Origin: Antedon mediterranea
Lineage: Eukaryota; Animalia; Echinodermata
Length of the DNA stretch: 64,000 bases
Reading direction: 5' to 3'
Assembly: GCF_964355755.1 (NCBI RefSeq)
Contig: NC_092679.1
Span: 6,912,201-6,976,200 of the forward strand
Both the position numbers and the translations under genes were made by a program. Shown piece by piece: positions 1-13,041 of this stretch (the first letter of the stretch is position 1; each line of letters opens with the position of its first letter). The notes below the pieces were generated by a model, which was not told where the DNA came from, searched no databases, and saw only the letters and a program-made list of their open reading frames with translations.

Positions 1-278
1 TTCTGTACGCGCTTTTCCTCTTATCAAGATAAACACATCTCAGAACACTAATAGGTTATTAGAAGTACAGAGACATTTGTTTAGTTTTATTTGTCGCAAT
101 GCATCTGTAGACGAATTATTCCTTCATAGTTACTATTAATCTTTATAAATAATGACAGATTACTGAATGTACCTTTTTCGTTGATTTCTGCCTGATTCTT
201 GTTTTTCTAATAGCTTATAAAAGAAAATTGACGGTACACTCCTATTCATTCGTTTTTAGAGAATTCGTATATAGCTAA

Positions 279-420
279 AGCTCTGTCTACACTATTACAC
301 TTTTATGTGACAAAAAATGTGATGTGGCCATATATGGACATGATGATGTCATATCACTATCATATTTAATCATATTACTACCATATTTGAGTAAACTAGT
401 TTGATAGTGTAGACAGAGCT
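279..420. mobile_element. MITE family A (PIF/Harbinger-like, TWA flanks)
   Basis: TIR AGCTCTGTCTACACTAT...ATAGTGTAGACAGAGCT; at least 6 full copies in the window, plus partial copies at ~5110, ~8184 and ~44160. Confidence 0.85.
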
Positions 421-3151
421 TTATAGAATGAATTGTTAGTCATTTGGTCAGCATTAAGATTGCCGATCTTTGACCACTTGACCGTCCACGTTCCCGTCTC
501 AGTTGACCATCGGACATGCGTCATTTATAGAATACCCCGTCGATTCACACTGCGACTAGCATGTATACTATTTGACATATACACACGCATTTCAGATTAG
601 AATTTTCAATGAATTATCAGTTTAGCACAATAGATTTGTCAATTAATTTAATGATCACATGGTATGGTGCGGCGCTGTGCTCATGTGTACTGCGCGGCGC
701 TGTGCGCATGTGATGTTTTGACCTTAAGTACGGTATGAATTTTTACCAGTATAGTAATATAATAATTCATATCTGTATGATCAGATATTAAAACAAAATT
801 CTTCACCTTTTTTACATTGTATGCAGGCAAGTAAAGGCATAATGTTCGTTACTTATCTCATATATGCAACGATACAAACTCATAAATGCTCTTTGCTACA
901 ATGATACCGTAGTCCAGTATTTGAATAACTTAAGGGCCGGCAAAAAGAAAAGCGCACGATTGCATTTTTATTTACATAAAATTGTACCACAATAAATATA
1001 ATCATTGCTATTTGAATCTGAAAATAGCTAAATGTACCTTACGTGCGAAATAAGAAATCTAAAATAAAGTATATAATCTTTGATAGTTAGGTCACATGCG
1101 TACTTTTTACCATGCTTTTGATTGGTCAACTCACTTGCGTTATGCCTACGTCATTGTACTGCGTCCAAAAGCAAGCTTAGTTGTGAACAAGTTGTGAAAA
1201 GCTCACGTAACAATATGCCTCACAATTCAATAATAATGTTTACAAAGTACAGTATAGGATAGTTATCAGCAACAGTCCATTAGTTAGGCTATACTGCCAT
1301 ATTAGATACAACGAATTTGAATTCGGACTTAGTTTAATTAACACAATATTTTTTTATTAGTGTGGTAGCTAGTAATGTTCACTAATTAGGTTTATTGGCT
1401 ATTAGGCGCGTAGCTTCAATTTACACTAGTACGCAGGGGACCCCATTCTGTACGCTTGATGAATCATGCAAAGAAATGTGATGAATATAAATAATGAATA
1501 AATAGGTCATAAATTGAAGGAAGCTGAATAATTTTGTTACCAAAAAAGTAAATGCGAAACAACCATAAATTGAATGTGAATTGTATTGAAGAAACAGAGG
1601 TATGTTGTCTTGCATCGATTCAACACATTCTCTGACTATGCAATACTTGATTCGCACGTAAAAGCTTGGTTTCTACAACGCAAACAACGACTAAGCGCAT
1701 CGTCACGATGACGTGATGGATCATCCGAACTGTCGCTTGTGATTGGTCAACTCACTTACGTTGCGCGTACGTCATTACGTTGCGTTCAAGTGGAAAACAT
1801 GTTCACATGATCACCGTTACATTTGTTTTATAGGCTTAATTCATGTTAAAACTCTGACGATCCCGGCCTCGCTATGCACTTTGGCGTTGAGTAGCCTATT
1901 GGCTAATATGCTTGTATCGGATTCTCGGCCGTGTATCTGCGCTTGTTTTATAGAACTGCATAACATGTGACTTTATTTACCACAACCCTAAAACCAGGAA
2001 AGAGAATTCGTACTGAATTGTCACTAGACAAAATAATATTGCCATATATTTGTAGATACAATCCTGAGTAAAACAGACAATACACCAATACATCTAAACA
2101 GATGACAAAACGAAGATGTAAAAAAAAAAAAAAATTTGAATTTCTATTTCTATCTTTATGATAATTTCTAAAGTACTGTATGTCAATAATATATTATGGT
2201 AATTTATCTGTTATTTGAGTTCCATGTAATCTGATGATTTGGTTATTCTTCATTTAGAGCTGCCTTAATGTTTGACATTTAGAGAAAATTACATGCAACT
2301 TGATCTTTAATATTTGTAGATATTAAGCGAAGCGACTCACATTAGAAACAGCTCAGAATGATCATAGCCTGGTTTCACGTACGTCTATGAGTAAGGTTGA
2401 GATGTTCAATGAATCTGTTATTCGTCTTGATCCAAAACAGATTAATTGTACCTTTTATATACATTACTTATGACATACAGTATGAGGTTTGCTTATTTAT
2501 GTTTCTGTTTATATTGTAAATCCTATTTATTTATTTTGAGTGTTGCTCGAAAGCTCTACACATTTTTCTAGCTGTAAGTGTAAGCTTTTTGCTCATTTTG
2601 TTTTGAGATCCAGCAAACCAAAGCCACACAACAACAACTCGTACAAAATTGTTTATGTATAATATTAATAGAAATGTTACCCTTATTAATTATGTATTAA
2701 TAATGTGTTACATTCTGTTATAAAGTGTGCATTTTCTCATCTTTCTTTCAGCTTTTGCATTATTAATTATTTCAGCATTTATTATTACTGGAAGACATAT
2801 CCCCTTTCAGTTATTTTTTTTTTATCACAATTCGGAAACAAGTCTCCCGGAGAAGCCAGATAGTCACATATCCGTTAAGGTTAGTGGCTAACTAAGCGCC
2901 CCCACTCCCTTTAAACTATACGGTATCTTAAATTGATACAGAAAAACAGTAAAAGAAATAAAAATTCACTAAATGTGCTTAAAATAATTCGAAAGGCTGA
3001 TTTTAAATGATAAAATTGTTTGTGAATCAACTACAGATTGAGGTCCGGTAAGGTGTTCCAAAATAAAATAGGATAGTATGATGATTTAAATTCCTATAAA
3101 TTGCTTAGGCGTATCCATTTCTTTTTAAATTAAGTAGGCCTAATTATATAT

Positions 3152-3480
3152 CACACATTTATAATGTTCAACCCCCGATCTTATCATTATACCTGCACAT
3201 TTATAATGTTCACCCCCCCCCCCGGTTTTATATGCTGCACATTTATAATGTTCAACCCCCGATCTTATCATTATACCTGCACATTTATAATGTTCACCCC
3301 CCCCCCCCCCGGTTGTATGTGCTGCACATTTATAATGTTCAACCCCCGATCTTATCATTATACCTGCACATTTATAATGTTCACCCCCCGCCCCCGGTTT
3401 TATATCCTGCACATTTATAATGTTCAACCCCCAATCTTATATCCTGCGCATTTATAATGTTTAACCCTCGATCTTACCCA
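3152..3480. repeat. Minisatellite, ~41-44-bp units in an alternating A/B higher-order pattern
   Basis: Core CACATTTATAATGTTCA x8, alternating ACCCCCGATCTTATCATTATACCTG and C(n)GGTTTTATATGCTG tails. Confidence 0.9.
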
Positions 3481-6400
3481 TATCTTCTCTTAAATGTATT
3501 GTTCATCCGCCGTTTACATATCCTACCGCTCATTAACTGTCTCTTGTCATCATCCCTTCTCCGTCAACTATCTATTATGAAAAGTATACAGATTACATGC
3601 ATTGATGCCTAAAGCAACAGCCGTGCTTGGGCCATTTACATCCTCTTTTAAATGTCTCTGCCTTATTTGGTAGTTTTACGAATATTAAAAGTATGGATAG
3701 AATAAATTGTGTGACCCTCAGGCGTAAAGCAATGAATAGCAGACTATAATGGCATGCAACATTTTAGTCGAATTCTAGTCTATTGTGATTCAGATTACAT
3801 TTGTGCATAATATTTGTTCCAAATGTTAGGCCTAGTTGTGCGAATACAAAATGGTGGAATATTTTGTTTGTGTTAACATGTGAACAAACACGATATTGTT
3901 TACTGAAAGCATGTGGACATTATTTCGGTAAAGCTTTAGCATAAAATTACCTCATACGAAAGTGGATTCGTGGAGCACAACAGATGCCAATTTCTATGTG
4001 TAGGGCATATACCACAGCCAGTGTCTGCTACAATATTGTGCCACCACTACTTACACACACACACCCACCCACCCCCACTCTCCAATCCACCCGGTCACAC
4101 CTGAGTGACAAATTCAGTATGCGCATCGAAATGTTTTACAGAGAATTTTTTAATAAAATGAACAATGAATTATCACTTTGTATTATTTGTCATCATAATC
4201 GAATCGACTATTGAAACTGATGATACATTTTTATAGACTTCAATTTAATTTCAAGTACACATGCTGTCATCAAAACGTATTTGATGATGCATTTTTACTT
4301 ACCTAACAGCTATGTCTTGGTTCAACCTCTTATGTTTATAATGTATTGGCAAAGTTATATTCCCTGAGGCTATATAATAATAAGGAAAACCATCCGTAAC
4401 TTATTGCGTCGTACGTCGCTGAACTAACCTTTATTTGTGTTAGAATACTATAAACACCACACATTTTCATTTTAATAGCCGTAATGAAAGTACCTTTACT
4501 CAATAATATCTTTATCTATTTGTTTTTTTATCACCAATAAAAAAATAAAGAAAACAGATACATACTTATAATCATATTATCTATTTTTATACATCCATGA
4601 TATAACATAAACATACAATAATTACTGTATTACTGTATGATGATGAAGAACTGACAATCATTTATTGATCACCAGTGTGAACCGTACTCAAGAGAGACAG
4701 AATGTTGACGCGCGTTTACGAAAGCCGTGTGTGAACACAATGCACGCGTAATACTTTTACCTGACGAAATATCGTAGGCAGCGAGAAGTCCACATACAAG
4801 CTTGGCCGATCGACCTTTTAAGGTAACTGAATTGATGGATTTTGAATTAATGTTCAATGTAAAACGTAAATCCACGAAGATTAAAAGACAATCTCATAAC
4901 AATAAATAACCTAGAGATAGGATGGAAATACCTGACAATAATGTATTAAACCAAACCATTGCTATCAATTCAAATTTATATTTTGAAAAATAATTATTAT
5001 TGTAAATGCAGCTTTTAGTGCATTAGTGAACTTAAAAGAGAGAAATTCGATCTGAAAATGTTTACAGTTAAAATGCGCAACATGATGGAAACTAAATTAG
5101 CAGGACTTGATGATGTAATGTCACTACCATATTTGGGCACATCACACTTCTTTTGTCTTTTGTTTACTATTAAATATTTGGTTACTTTAAAAAAATGTAT
5201 TTTCCTTTTGGCTTCAATTATTAAAGACTAATAAGTAGTTAACGTAATTTTGTTTACGTTCAGTAACAGCTGTTTCTACATAATCAAATCATTATCATAA
5301 CTATCGTATCTATTATTTTATTGCTATAATAATATTGTTATTGTAATATCACATTGCTTTACTTGTGGTAACTATTGATACAACATAAGAGTATACCACG
5401 TGAGTCTGAATTTCATTGTATTTTCTGTTCTGCCTATTATTGGACAATCTTCATTTTTTTAGGTCTAGGCCTACATAATAATTCCTATTCTAGGGCCGAC
5501 TATTTCAATCCTCCACATTTTCCGGTCTTGAGTGAGCTCCAGTGAGATCAAAGGGTTTATCTGTGGATGCGGCACGATCAATTCCGTGCCCCTTAACAGA
5601 CACCGCGCGCCGCGGAGAATATGTGCATAGCACGTACAGTACTGCTTGGATTTGTCGCAGCCAGACATATTAAGATCAAAGTGTTGTTACGAGTTCTTAT
5701 CTTGGCAGGACGAGCCCAGTTTCCTGTTGTAGATTGCGTTGCTCTGTCCAAGTCAAGTTATTAGGTCTAATACCATAAAATGCATTTACTTGTTTGTAAT
5801 ACAACCAATATTGTTTAAGTTGACTAATTTACACCTACTGGTGACTATCGATAATTGAACGGTTTATAAGTATAAACATTGATTAATATGACAAAATACA
5901 TAAAAGGCTTGAAGAATGTCACTCAACTCGAGTCTTGAGAGATTGCGATTGTAACAATTTCATAAACACTTCAGCCTCTAGCTTATGTGTCCAATTTATA
6001 AAATGTGTGATTTTGCACGACTTGTTTTTAGTAATTCATCTTCTTCTGTAAATGTTAGACGTGGGTCACGTGTTTTGCCATCTTAATCAGCTCACTTTGT
6101 GATGCTTACTCCTACTTACCCATCATCCCCTAGTACAACTCGTACAGGGTGGTGGAGAATATCGCCCTCGTGCAGCATGTTTTCCATTATATTAACGAAT
6201 ATATTTGAATCGAACATTCCTGATTTGTGATTGGTTGTGCAATTCTTCACGTCACACAAAAGTTGTATTTTAACTATAATCTTATGACAGTATTTAAAGC
6301 GCCGTTAATATGAGTTTACCACATGAATGTAGGCCTACGCTATAAATTAATGTTGTTAGTGTTAACTGTTTACCGCTTCTTGCATCCATAGCAGACATAA

Positions 6401-6939
6401 AATGTGTTTTCTCGCCTGCTTATCTTTGCTTTCAACGCTATAATTTAAATTAACTCAATTCTATATCTCTTCTAAGAATCTCCTAAATGTTATATTTTGT
6501 TTAACGTTGATGGAATTCTGAGTAAGAAGATTTGAATCATCAATTCGAGGGGTCAAAGTGCATTAGTATACTAAAATGATCATTTAATAACTCCTTTCAC
6601 TTCGCTTTTGCAAACCTCCGAAGTTTTAAATACTAGAAAAAGACTATGTATAGTTCAGTAAAAGAAATCATTTATATACCTATACTGATATCAATCAATC
6701 AAAACACGGTTTAGTTTCAAATATAGCAATAATTCCTCGTAGCTCTTTATTTAACATTTGAAATACGTTACAATATTTAATATTCCTTTAGCAATTAACA
6801 GACTATCTATTCTGCTTATTATAACGTAAGCTATTTTGGATATTAGAATCAATCATGTTATAATAGGATACTACTTATGTCTTTTTCCCTAAATGAATAA
6901 AATTATGATTTTTAAAGCAGGTCGTGAATACGTGAGTCG

Positions 6940-7235
6940 TGTGTAAATGAGTTTACATGGCTTATTGGTTTAAACTTTAAATGGCTCTTTTTATATAGAC
7001 CTATTTTCAAATAATTTATAAATTTGACATTTTGTTTTCTGACGTAGGTATACGTTGGAATAAATTGTAAAATCACGTGTCAGTAAATGATTTTACATAG
7101 CTTAGGCCTATTGGTTGAAACTTTAAATGGCTCTTTTTATATAGACCTATTTCAAATAATTTATAATATTGAATTGTTTTTTTCTTCTGGACGTAAGTAT
7201 ACGTTAAAATAAATTGTAAAACCACGTGTCAGTTC
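6940..7235. repeat. Local ~140-bp tandem duplication
   Basis: GTAAATGA.TTTACAT.GCTT..TATTGGTT.AAACTTTAAATGGCTCTTTTTATATAGACCTATTT...CACGTGTCAGT occurs twice. Confidence 0.8.
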
Positions 7236-9600
7236 ATTTATCCAGTTTGTCGCACGATAATTTTGACACAATGAAGTCATTAACTTAATATTAGTGCAGG
7301 TTTGTTACTGGTTTTGTTTCATGGAGAAAATGTTGACAAATAAGGCACATTTCTATTAAATGTTATCGAATACTTTGAATGAATACAGTGTAGCAACACC
7401 AGTTACGGGGACACTTTTGGTACCCAAGGGCTTGGTCGTGTGTTTAGTTCTTGTCGTTCGTTTGACGGTAAAGTGTATCCTGAATAGGGGTATCCCAAAG
7501 CAGGGGTCCTAACCGTTAAATATTGGTTCCTACTGGGAACGCACCGCATAGACATAAAGCAACGCAATCACAAGCAATGGATTATACGAACAGTCGCTTG
7601 TCATTGGTCAACTCGCGTGCGTTGAGTCTACGTCCTTGCGTTTTATTGAATTGAAAACTGCAGTATACAAAGTAGAACCTTTTGGACCCCTTAATGACAG
7701 CCCACCCCCGCACTCCCTCCTTCGTCTCTCCATCTCTGTAGCCTTTAGTAAAATACCTTACTATTAATACACATTCTGAATGACAGGATATTCATGAACC
7801 CCCTTTGGTAATGCCATAATTAATGCGATATCCGTAGGTTTCTTCCATGCCTCGCTGACTTATCGTAATTAAAATTCTGAAATACAGAATTGTGAACTAT
7901 GAAAATGCCTTCTAATCGAATACAACCTGACTACACGATAAAACACTATGCGACTTATAACGTAGAGAAAGGTTCAATGAATTTTATTTGGTATTTTGGT
8001 ACTCTATCAACATCAGTACCGCGGACACATTTACGTTAATACATAATACATGTAGTGAATGGAGTTATGGTGGTGGTGTTTATGGTGCTTGGCTACCAAT
8101 CCGAGGGTCATCGGGTTCAAGTAATTTTTTTAATGAAAAATAACAACTCCGTATCCCAAAAGACTTGTAATAAGGCTCTGTTTACACTATCAAACTATTT
8201 TGACAAAAAAAAGTGTGATGTGCCCAAATATGGTAGTGATATGCCAAATATTTCTTCCAGGAAACAGGAAAGACTCGAACCTATGATTCTCACATAACTT
8301 TCCATTGTATCATTTCGGTGCTTTACAAATCTTTTCAACTCTGTTGAGTGGAGACTCTTCTATTTTCCACCTTATCCACAGTAATTACTATCTATATATA
8401 ATTTCCCATTTTTTCAAACTTCAAAATGGTATCAGAATGAATAGGCTAATGCTTTAGTATTCAGCCTGTCGTTACGAGGCATCACTAGATAGATAATGAT
8501 TACTAAACACATCTTTTTAGCCATATTCAACTCAGGACTCAATTGTGAATCGATAATGGACTAATTCTGTCAAACACTTTCCCATAAACTGTCAGGGATC
8601 CTAGGTAAATTCAGATCTAAATGCAGTTAGCTTAATTCAATTATAACGTAATTCAGTTAAACATGCTATTCAACACATTATAAGAAATGATATTGAAAAG
8701 AAACGTCTAAAGTACTTGTGCATCAATACAACACAATTATTTCAAACGTTTAAGTATACTGTATCTATATGGCATTGTCTGGTAAGAGAGTATCATAGAC
8801 ACATTCTGTAATACAGTGTCACATGTGCGCCTTATAGTGTTAATGTTAAGGTCGGGTTAGACTTATGACCTATGATACAGGTTTCAAATGTGACGCATAT
8901 GTGACATTTTATTACAGAATTTGCCAATGATGCGGGGAAAAAAATTACAGTCCAGTAACAGTAATGATACAGTAATCACCTGTTCAGAAAATACAAAAGG
9001 ATTCGCAATCACATCTTATACAACTTGCAGATATTTACATGTTTAACATAAGTTGAAAATATAAATTTATACACGGGGTGAAAGGTGTGTCAAATGTATA
9101 AAATATATCGTTTACATTATTTATTCATTTATCTAGAATCAGAACCGCAACGAAAGTCTTATGTTTGCTGCCTTCTCGTTTGTACCTTATTAACAAAAGC
9201 TAGTTGCAGCGCCTGCATAATGTTTATTTAATAGTACATTTGCGAGCCCTCAAGGTGTTACTGACGTAGAATAAATCTAAAATTGTTAATTGAAGCCACA
9301 ATTATACTAGACAGATATTTACATAATTGAGTTCTGATTGAATGTAAAAAACTTACGGTGTAATACGTCGCACTCTGCGACCGGCAGCTCGTATGTTCAA
9401 GCCTACCAGATCCCTACAAAATTAAAAACTTCCATTTTACGAGCAAAATGATAAGGATTATGACATCACAAGATCATGGTCCACACTGTTTTTATAACTT
9501 GATTTATAGCTTTTGTTGTAAATTTGAATTAATTAATTAAATGGATAAAGTTTCTTTTTGTTTTTCTTTTAGATCGCACTCTTCTTATAATAAGCTGAAG

Positions 9601-12015
9601 ATGTCTTCCACTACAACAATCGTCACGAATTCCAGGAGCTCACACAATCACCACCAAGAATTGGAACCCTTATCTGTGATTGCTTTAAACAAATTTGACA
9701 TTTCAAAATCAATTCTGAGAACCACTCAAAGACATTCCGAATATCATTCTCAAAATGGACTGTCAAATGATCATCAGGGTGTTAGAACACCCGTGAATGG
9801 TGACAACGATCAGCGAACGTGCCAAAGCAGCCCGAATTCATCGTCGTCTTGTAACGAATGTACAGAATGCGGAAACTGCAGAGAAATGCACAGTGTCGTC
9901 CACAGTCCAGATCACGTATTCCGAGATAACCAGAATCTATTTTTCTGTTCACTTCATCCTCAATCAGAATTATTGCTTTTTTGCAAAGGCATTAAATGCC
10001 AAGAGCCAATATGCTCAATATGTCACCAGACACGTCACAGAGGCGATGGTCATGACGTCATAACGCTCACACACATTGCGTCAGAACATAGAAAAGAGTT
10101 GGATGATATAGTAAGTGTGGCGTTAAAAAAGCACCAGCCAGCGACTAGATATCAGGGTAAAATTAGGACTGCCATGAAAGCTATTAACAGTAATGCAGAT
10201 CAGGCAGTCATTGCCATAGAAACGCTCTATCAGGACTTGCGTGATGCGTTGACAAAACTAGAGCACGAAGAAACTTTGCGAGTTGACATGTTCAGGAAAC
10301 AGGCAATGCAACAACTCGAAGCCGAAGAACAAAGAGCTAAATTAATGAGCAAAAGACATTCAGATATAATCGATTATTTTCTACCCATCATAAAGTCTAA
10401 TGATGTTGATATGGAATTGGCAAGAAAAACAGAGAAGCCAGTCCTAGACGCCATCATCAGGGAAGACTTTAAAGCTGAGTTGCATACCAAGCATTATATC
10501 GAATATGAAATCAACCCATTTGAGGTTGATAAAATCAAAAAACTCTTAGGAACGGCTAAGATTGGACAACTTATTATGAACATCACACCAGGTAAAGTTA
10601 GCTTCGAGGTTCCTATAGTCGTTCTTCGAGGGTTTGACGTCACAATTAAAGTTAGACCTTCTCATGCTGGAGGCGTATGTAGAATGGGAGGACTTCTCCT
10701 GCGGGCAAACATAGCTGCGCCTGATGGAACGTTAGTCAAGATTGTTGACGTCACTGACAATCTAAATGGATCTTATTCTGTGAAATTTAAACCTCATATT
10801 CCAGGAGGCTTCAAAATGGCAGTGAACTTACAAGATTGTCCAAAGGAACCAGCAATCGCAGTCATAGACGTTCTGACTCTTGGAAGCCGGACGAGGAATA
10901 TCGAAGGGCTTGAGCTCGGTGACGTCATGGAGCTTGTCTTTCTGTTTGTCAATGACAAGGATGAAATAGTTGTAGACTTTAGACTCAAGACACTTGATCT
11001 GCATGCCATATGTGTTGGCCCCGAAGATATCCGTGTCCCGTGTATGAGTGACTGCATGATTGAGGGTGGCCGGCAAATGTTATTTAAGCCATCACAGATG
11101 GGTCGCTATCAGATATTTTCTTCCATGAATGGTTTGATAGAGGAGCAGACGTCGAAGGTAGTCTACCAGGTAATCCTGAAGGACATCAAAGGTATTGGCC
11201 GAATAACAGACGTTGTCGGAATAGGTTGTAAACTGTTTCTCCTTGACAACATTGAAAATGAACGGTTTATTGAGTTTAATCTGGAAGGGGCCCATGTCCG
11301 TAACATACCGACTGATGCTAAGCGATTCGAAGAATCTTTGGCAACTACCGACGGTGAGGGAAGCATTTACCTCATTTGCTCCACTAGCAAGACCACAAAC
11401 ATTGGTTATAGGTTACACATATATAACCAATCATGGGAGTTACAAAAGTCTGTCATTCTAGACGGTGTGTCACGAGCAAGTGGGCTCACTGTCAGTTCTT
11501 CTGGTGAGGTTTTTGTGAGTGATCAATCACTAAACTGCATTCATGTCTTCTGTCTTACTGGCGGTCGATCTAAGAGGGTTATAGGCCATGAAGGAACCGG
11601 CGTTGGTGAATTCAGATGGCCTAGTGATGTGTGCTTGAATGCGAAAGAGGAGCTTTTAGTATGTGACGCAGGGAATCGTAGAATCCAGGTGATGGATGTG
11701 CATGGAAATGCAATAAGACTATTTGATCTTCGTCATGGCTTTGAGGGCGGTTGTGACGCTATTGCTGTGTCTTCCGGGAATGTAATCGTGGCATCAGATA
11801 CCGAGAATAAATGCATCATTCTTGCTGACATGAGGTCGGGTGATCTCTTGCACAATATACCCTTGCCGTGCGCATCTTATTGTCAAAATAAACATAGAAT
11901 TGCGAATATTCCTTGCGGAATCACTGTCGTAATGTGCGATGGTACAGGTACAATAATGAACATAGGGATAATACAAAATATCGATAGTTCAAAAGTACAT
12001 AGTGATACGTCATAA
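9601..12015 (+). CDS. RING-less TRIM-NHL-like protein (B-boxes, coiled coil, filamin-type Ig repeat(s), NHL repeats), ~804 aa, single large coding exon
   Basis: Long ORF 9541-12015. A polypyrimidine/AG acceptor at 9571-9572 makes the ATG at 9601 (MSSTTT) the likelier start, unless upstream coding exons exist. Motifs: B-box2 CSLHPQSELLLFCKGIKCQEPICSICHQTRHRGDGHDV; degenerate B-box1 CxECxxCxxxHxxxHxxxH; coiled-coil-like helix; filamin repeat APDG..VTDNLNGSYSVKFKPHIPGGFKMAVNL; NHL repeat GHEGTGVGEFRWPSDVCLNAKEELLVCDAGNRRIQV. Confidence 0.85.
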   Translation: MSSTTTIVTNSRSSHNHHQELEPLSVIALNKFDISKSILRTTQRHSEYHSQNGLSNDHQGVRTPVNGDNDQRTCQSSPNSSSSCNECTECGNCREMHSVVHSPDHVFRDNQNLFFCSLHPQSELLLFCKGIKCQEPICSICHQTRHRGDGHDVITLTHIASEHRKELDDIVSVALKKHQPATRYQGKIRTAMKAINSNADQAVIAIETLYQDLRDALTKLEHEETLRVDMFRKQAMQQLEAEEQRAKLMSKRHSDIIDYFLPIIKSNDVDMELARKTEKPVLDAIIREDFKAELHTKHYIEYEINPFEVDKIKKLLGTAKIGQLIMNITPGKVSFEVPIVVLRGFDVTIKVRPSHAGGVCRMGGLLLRANIAAPDGTLVKIVDVTDNLNGSYSVKFKPHIPGGFKMAVNLQDCPKEPAIAVIDVLTLGSRTRNIEGLELGDVMELVFLFVNDKDEIVVDFRLKTLDLHAICVGPEDIRVPCMSDCMIEGGRQMLFKPSQMGRYQIFSSMNGLIEEQTSKVVYQVILKDIKGIGRITDVVGIGCKLFLLDNIENERFIEFNLEGAHVRNIPTDAKRFEESLATTDGEGSIYLICSTSKTTNIGYRLHIYNQSWELQKSVILDGVSRASGLTVSSSGEVFVSDQSLNCIHVFCLTGGRSKRVIGHEGTGVGEFRWPSDVCLNAKEELLVCDAGNRRIQVMDVHGNAIRLFDLRHGFEGGCDAIAVSSGNVIVASDTENKCIILADMRSGDLLHNIPLPCASYCQNKHRIANIPCGITVVMCDGTGTIMNIGIIQNIDSSKVHSDTS

Positions 12016-12897
12016 TATAAACAAAATTTGCGATGCCGAAACGGTGAAAATGGTTTTGATTTATGGCAATAGGCAAGACATGTGTTTCGTATGATTGAAC
12101 AGACGACACGCGACAACCACATTCTGAAGTTAGCCGAGGTTTTAGCGTATTGCGTGCATATTCTCTGGCATATGTATAAAAACATATTCGGTGTAAACAT
12201 CCTGATCGTAATCAAATTTGTCTGTGATTATCAATAATATTCAAGCTAAGATTTTAAACTTGTGTTTATGAACTAACTATACCGTAAGTGTATTTAGACG
12301 TTTCTAAAAGAATAGATTCTTCGCTTTTTCGCCCACCAGAAACATTTATTTCTACTTTAATTCAAGAGACGGTAGCTAATATGTATACCGCGCTCTTATG
12401 GTTGAAAACCAGTATTATAATTAAATAAATACGATAGTATACAAACTTATAAATTAATAGTATTTTACACTGAGCGCCAAATAAAATCAAACTGTATATA
12501 ACTGTAATATAAATACTAAGCTCTATATGTGCACAGTTTATTTATACAAGAAACTACGGGCGATCAACAGTAAAAATAATGTATTGCTTTTATGTGAAAA
12601 GATTTCTTTCATTGATTTTATTTTTTTATTAATTAATATGCAATTGGTTGTTTTTCAGTGCACTCTGTTGTATTCGACAATGACAATGAAATATATCAGA
12701 TGAGTTGAATATTTCGCTAAAAATATTTTGTTGAAAGGTCAATTAAAGTGACGTAAACATAATATGTGTCATGTATGTTTCTGTTAATAATACAATGGTC
12801 AAGGAATAAAAGGGCTTACAAATGACAATCATGGAATTCACTCTCTACGGGTTTCATTATTTGAATGACCTACATAATGACGCTGGTATTCACGTAA

Positions 12898-13041
12898 AGC
12901 TTGGTTTCCACTATGACGTAACGCAAGGATGTAAACAAAGTTAACCAATGACAGGCGACAGTTCGAATAATCCATCTCGTGTGATTGGTCAAATCACTTA
13001 TGTTGCGTTACTTTTGTTGCGTCTCTAGTGGGAACCAAGCA
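12898..13041. mobile_element. Palindromic MITE family B
   Basis: AGCTTGGTTTCCACTA...GACCAATGACA..CGACAGTTCGAATAATCCATC..GTGATTGGTCAA...TAGTGGGAACCAAGC. Copies at ~1663-1799, 7524-7660, 13109-13258, 18047-18192, 26105-26249, 47142-47272 and 54006-54143. Confidence 0.8.

Noticed and set aside
3140-3457. Repetitive ORFs (GGGGEHYKCAGIMIRS...)
   Set aside because: Translations of a minisatellite, open on both strands, with no splice or domain support.
1-9500. Short ORFs and scattered splice-like sites (e.g. 2751-2879) as upstream TRIM exons
   Set aside because: No recognisable domain or consistent exon chain; UTR exons cannot be established without transcripts.
9541-9600. ORF-track start MDKVSFCFSFR for the TRIM-like protein
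   Set aside because: This segment overlaps a polypyrimidine tract and AG acceptor, so it is probably intron plus UTR.
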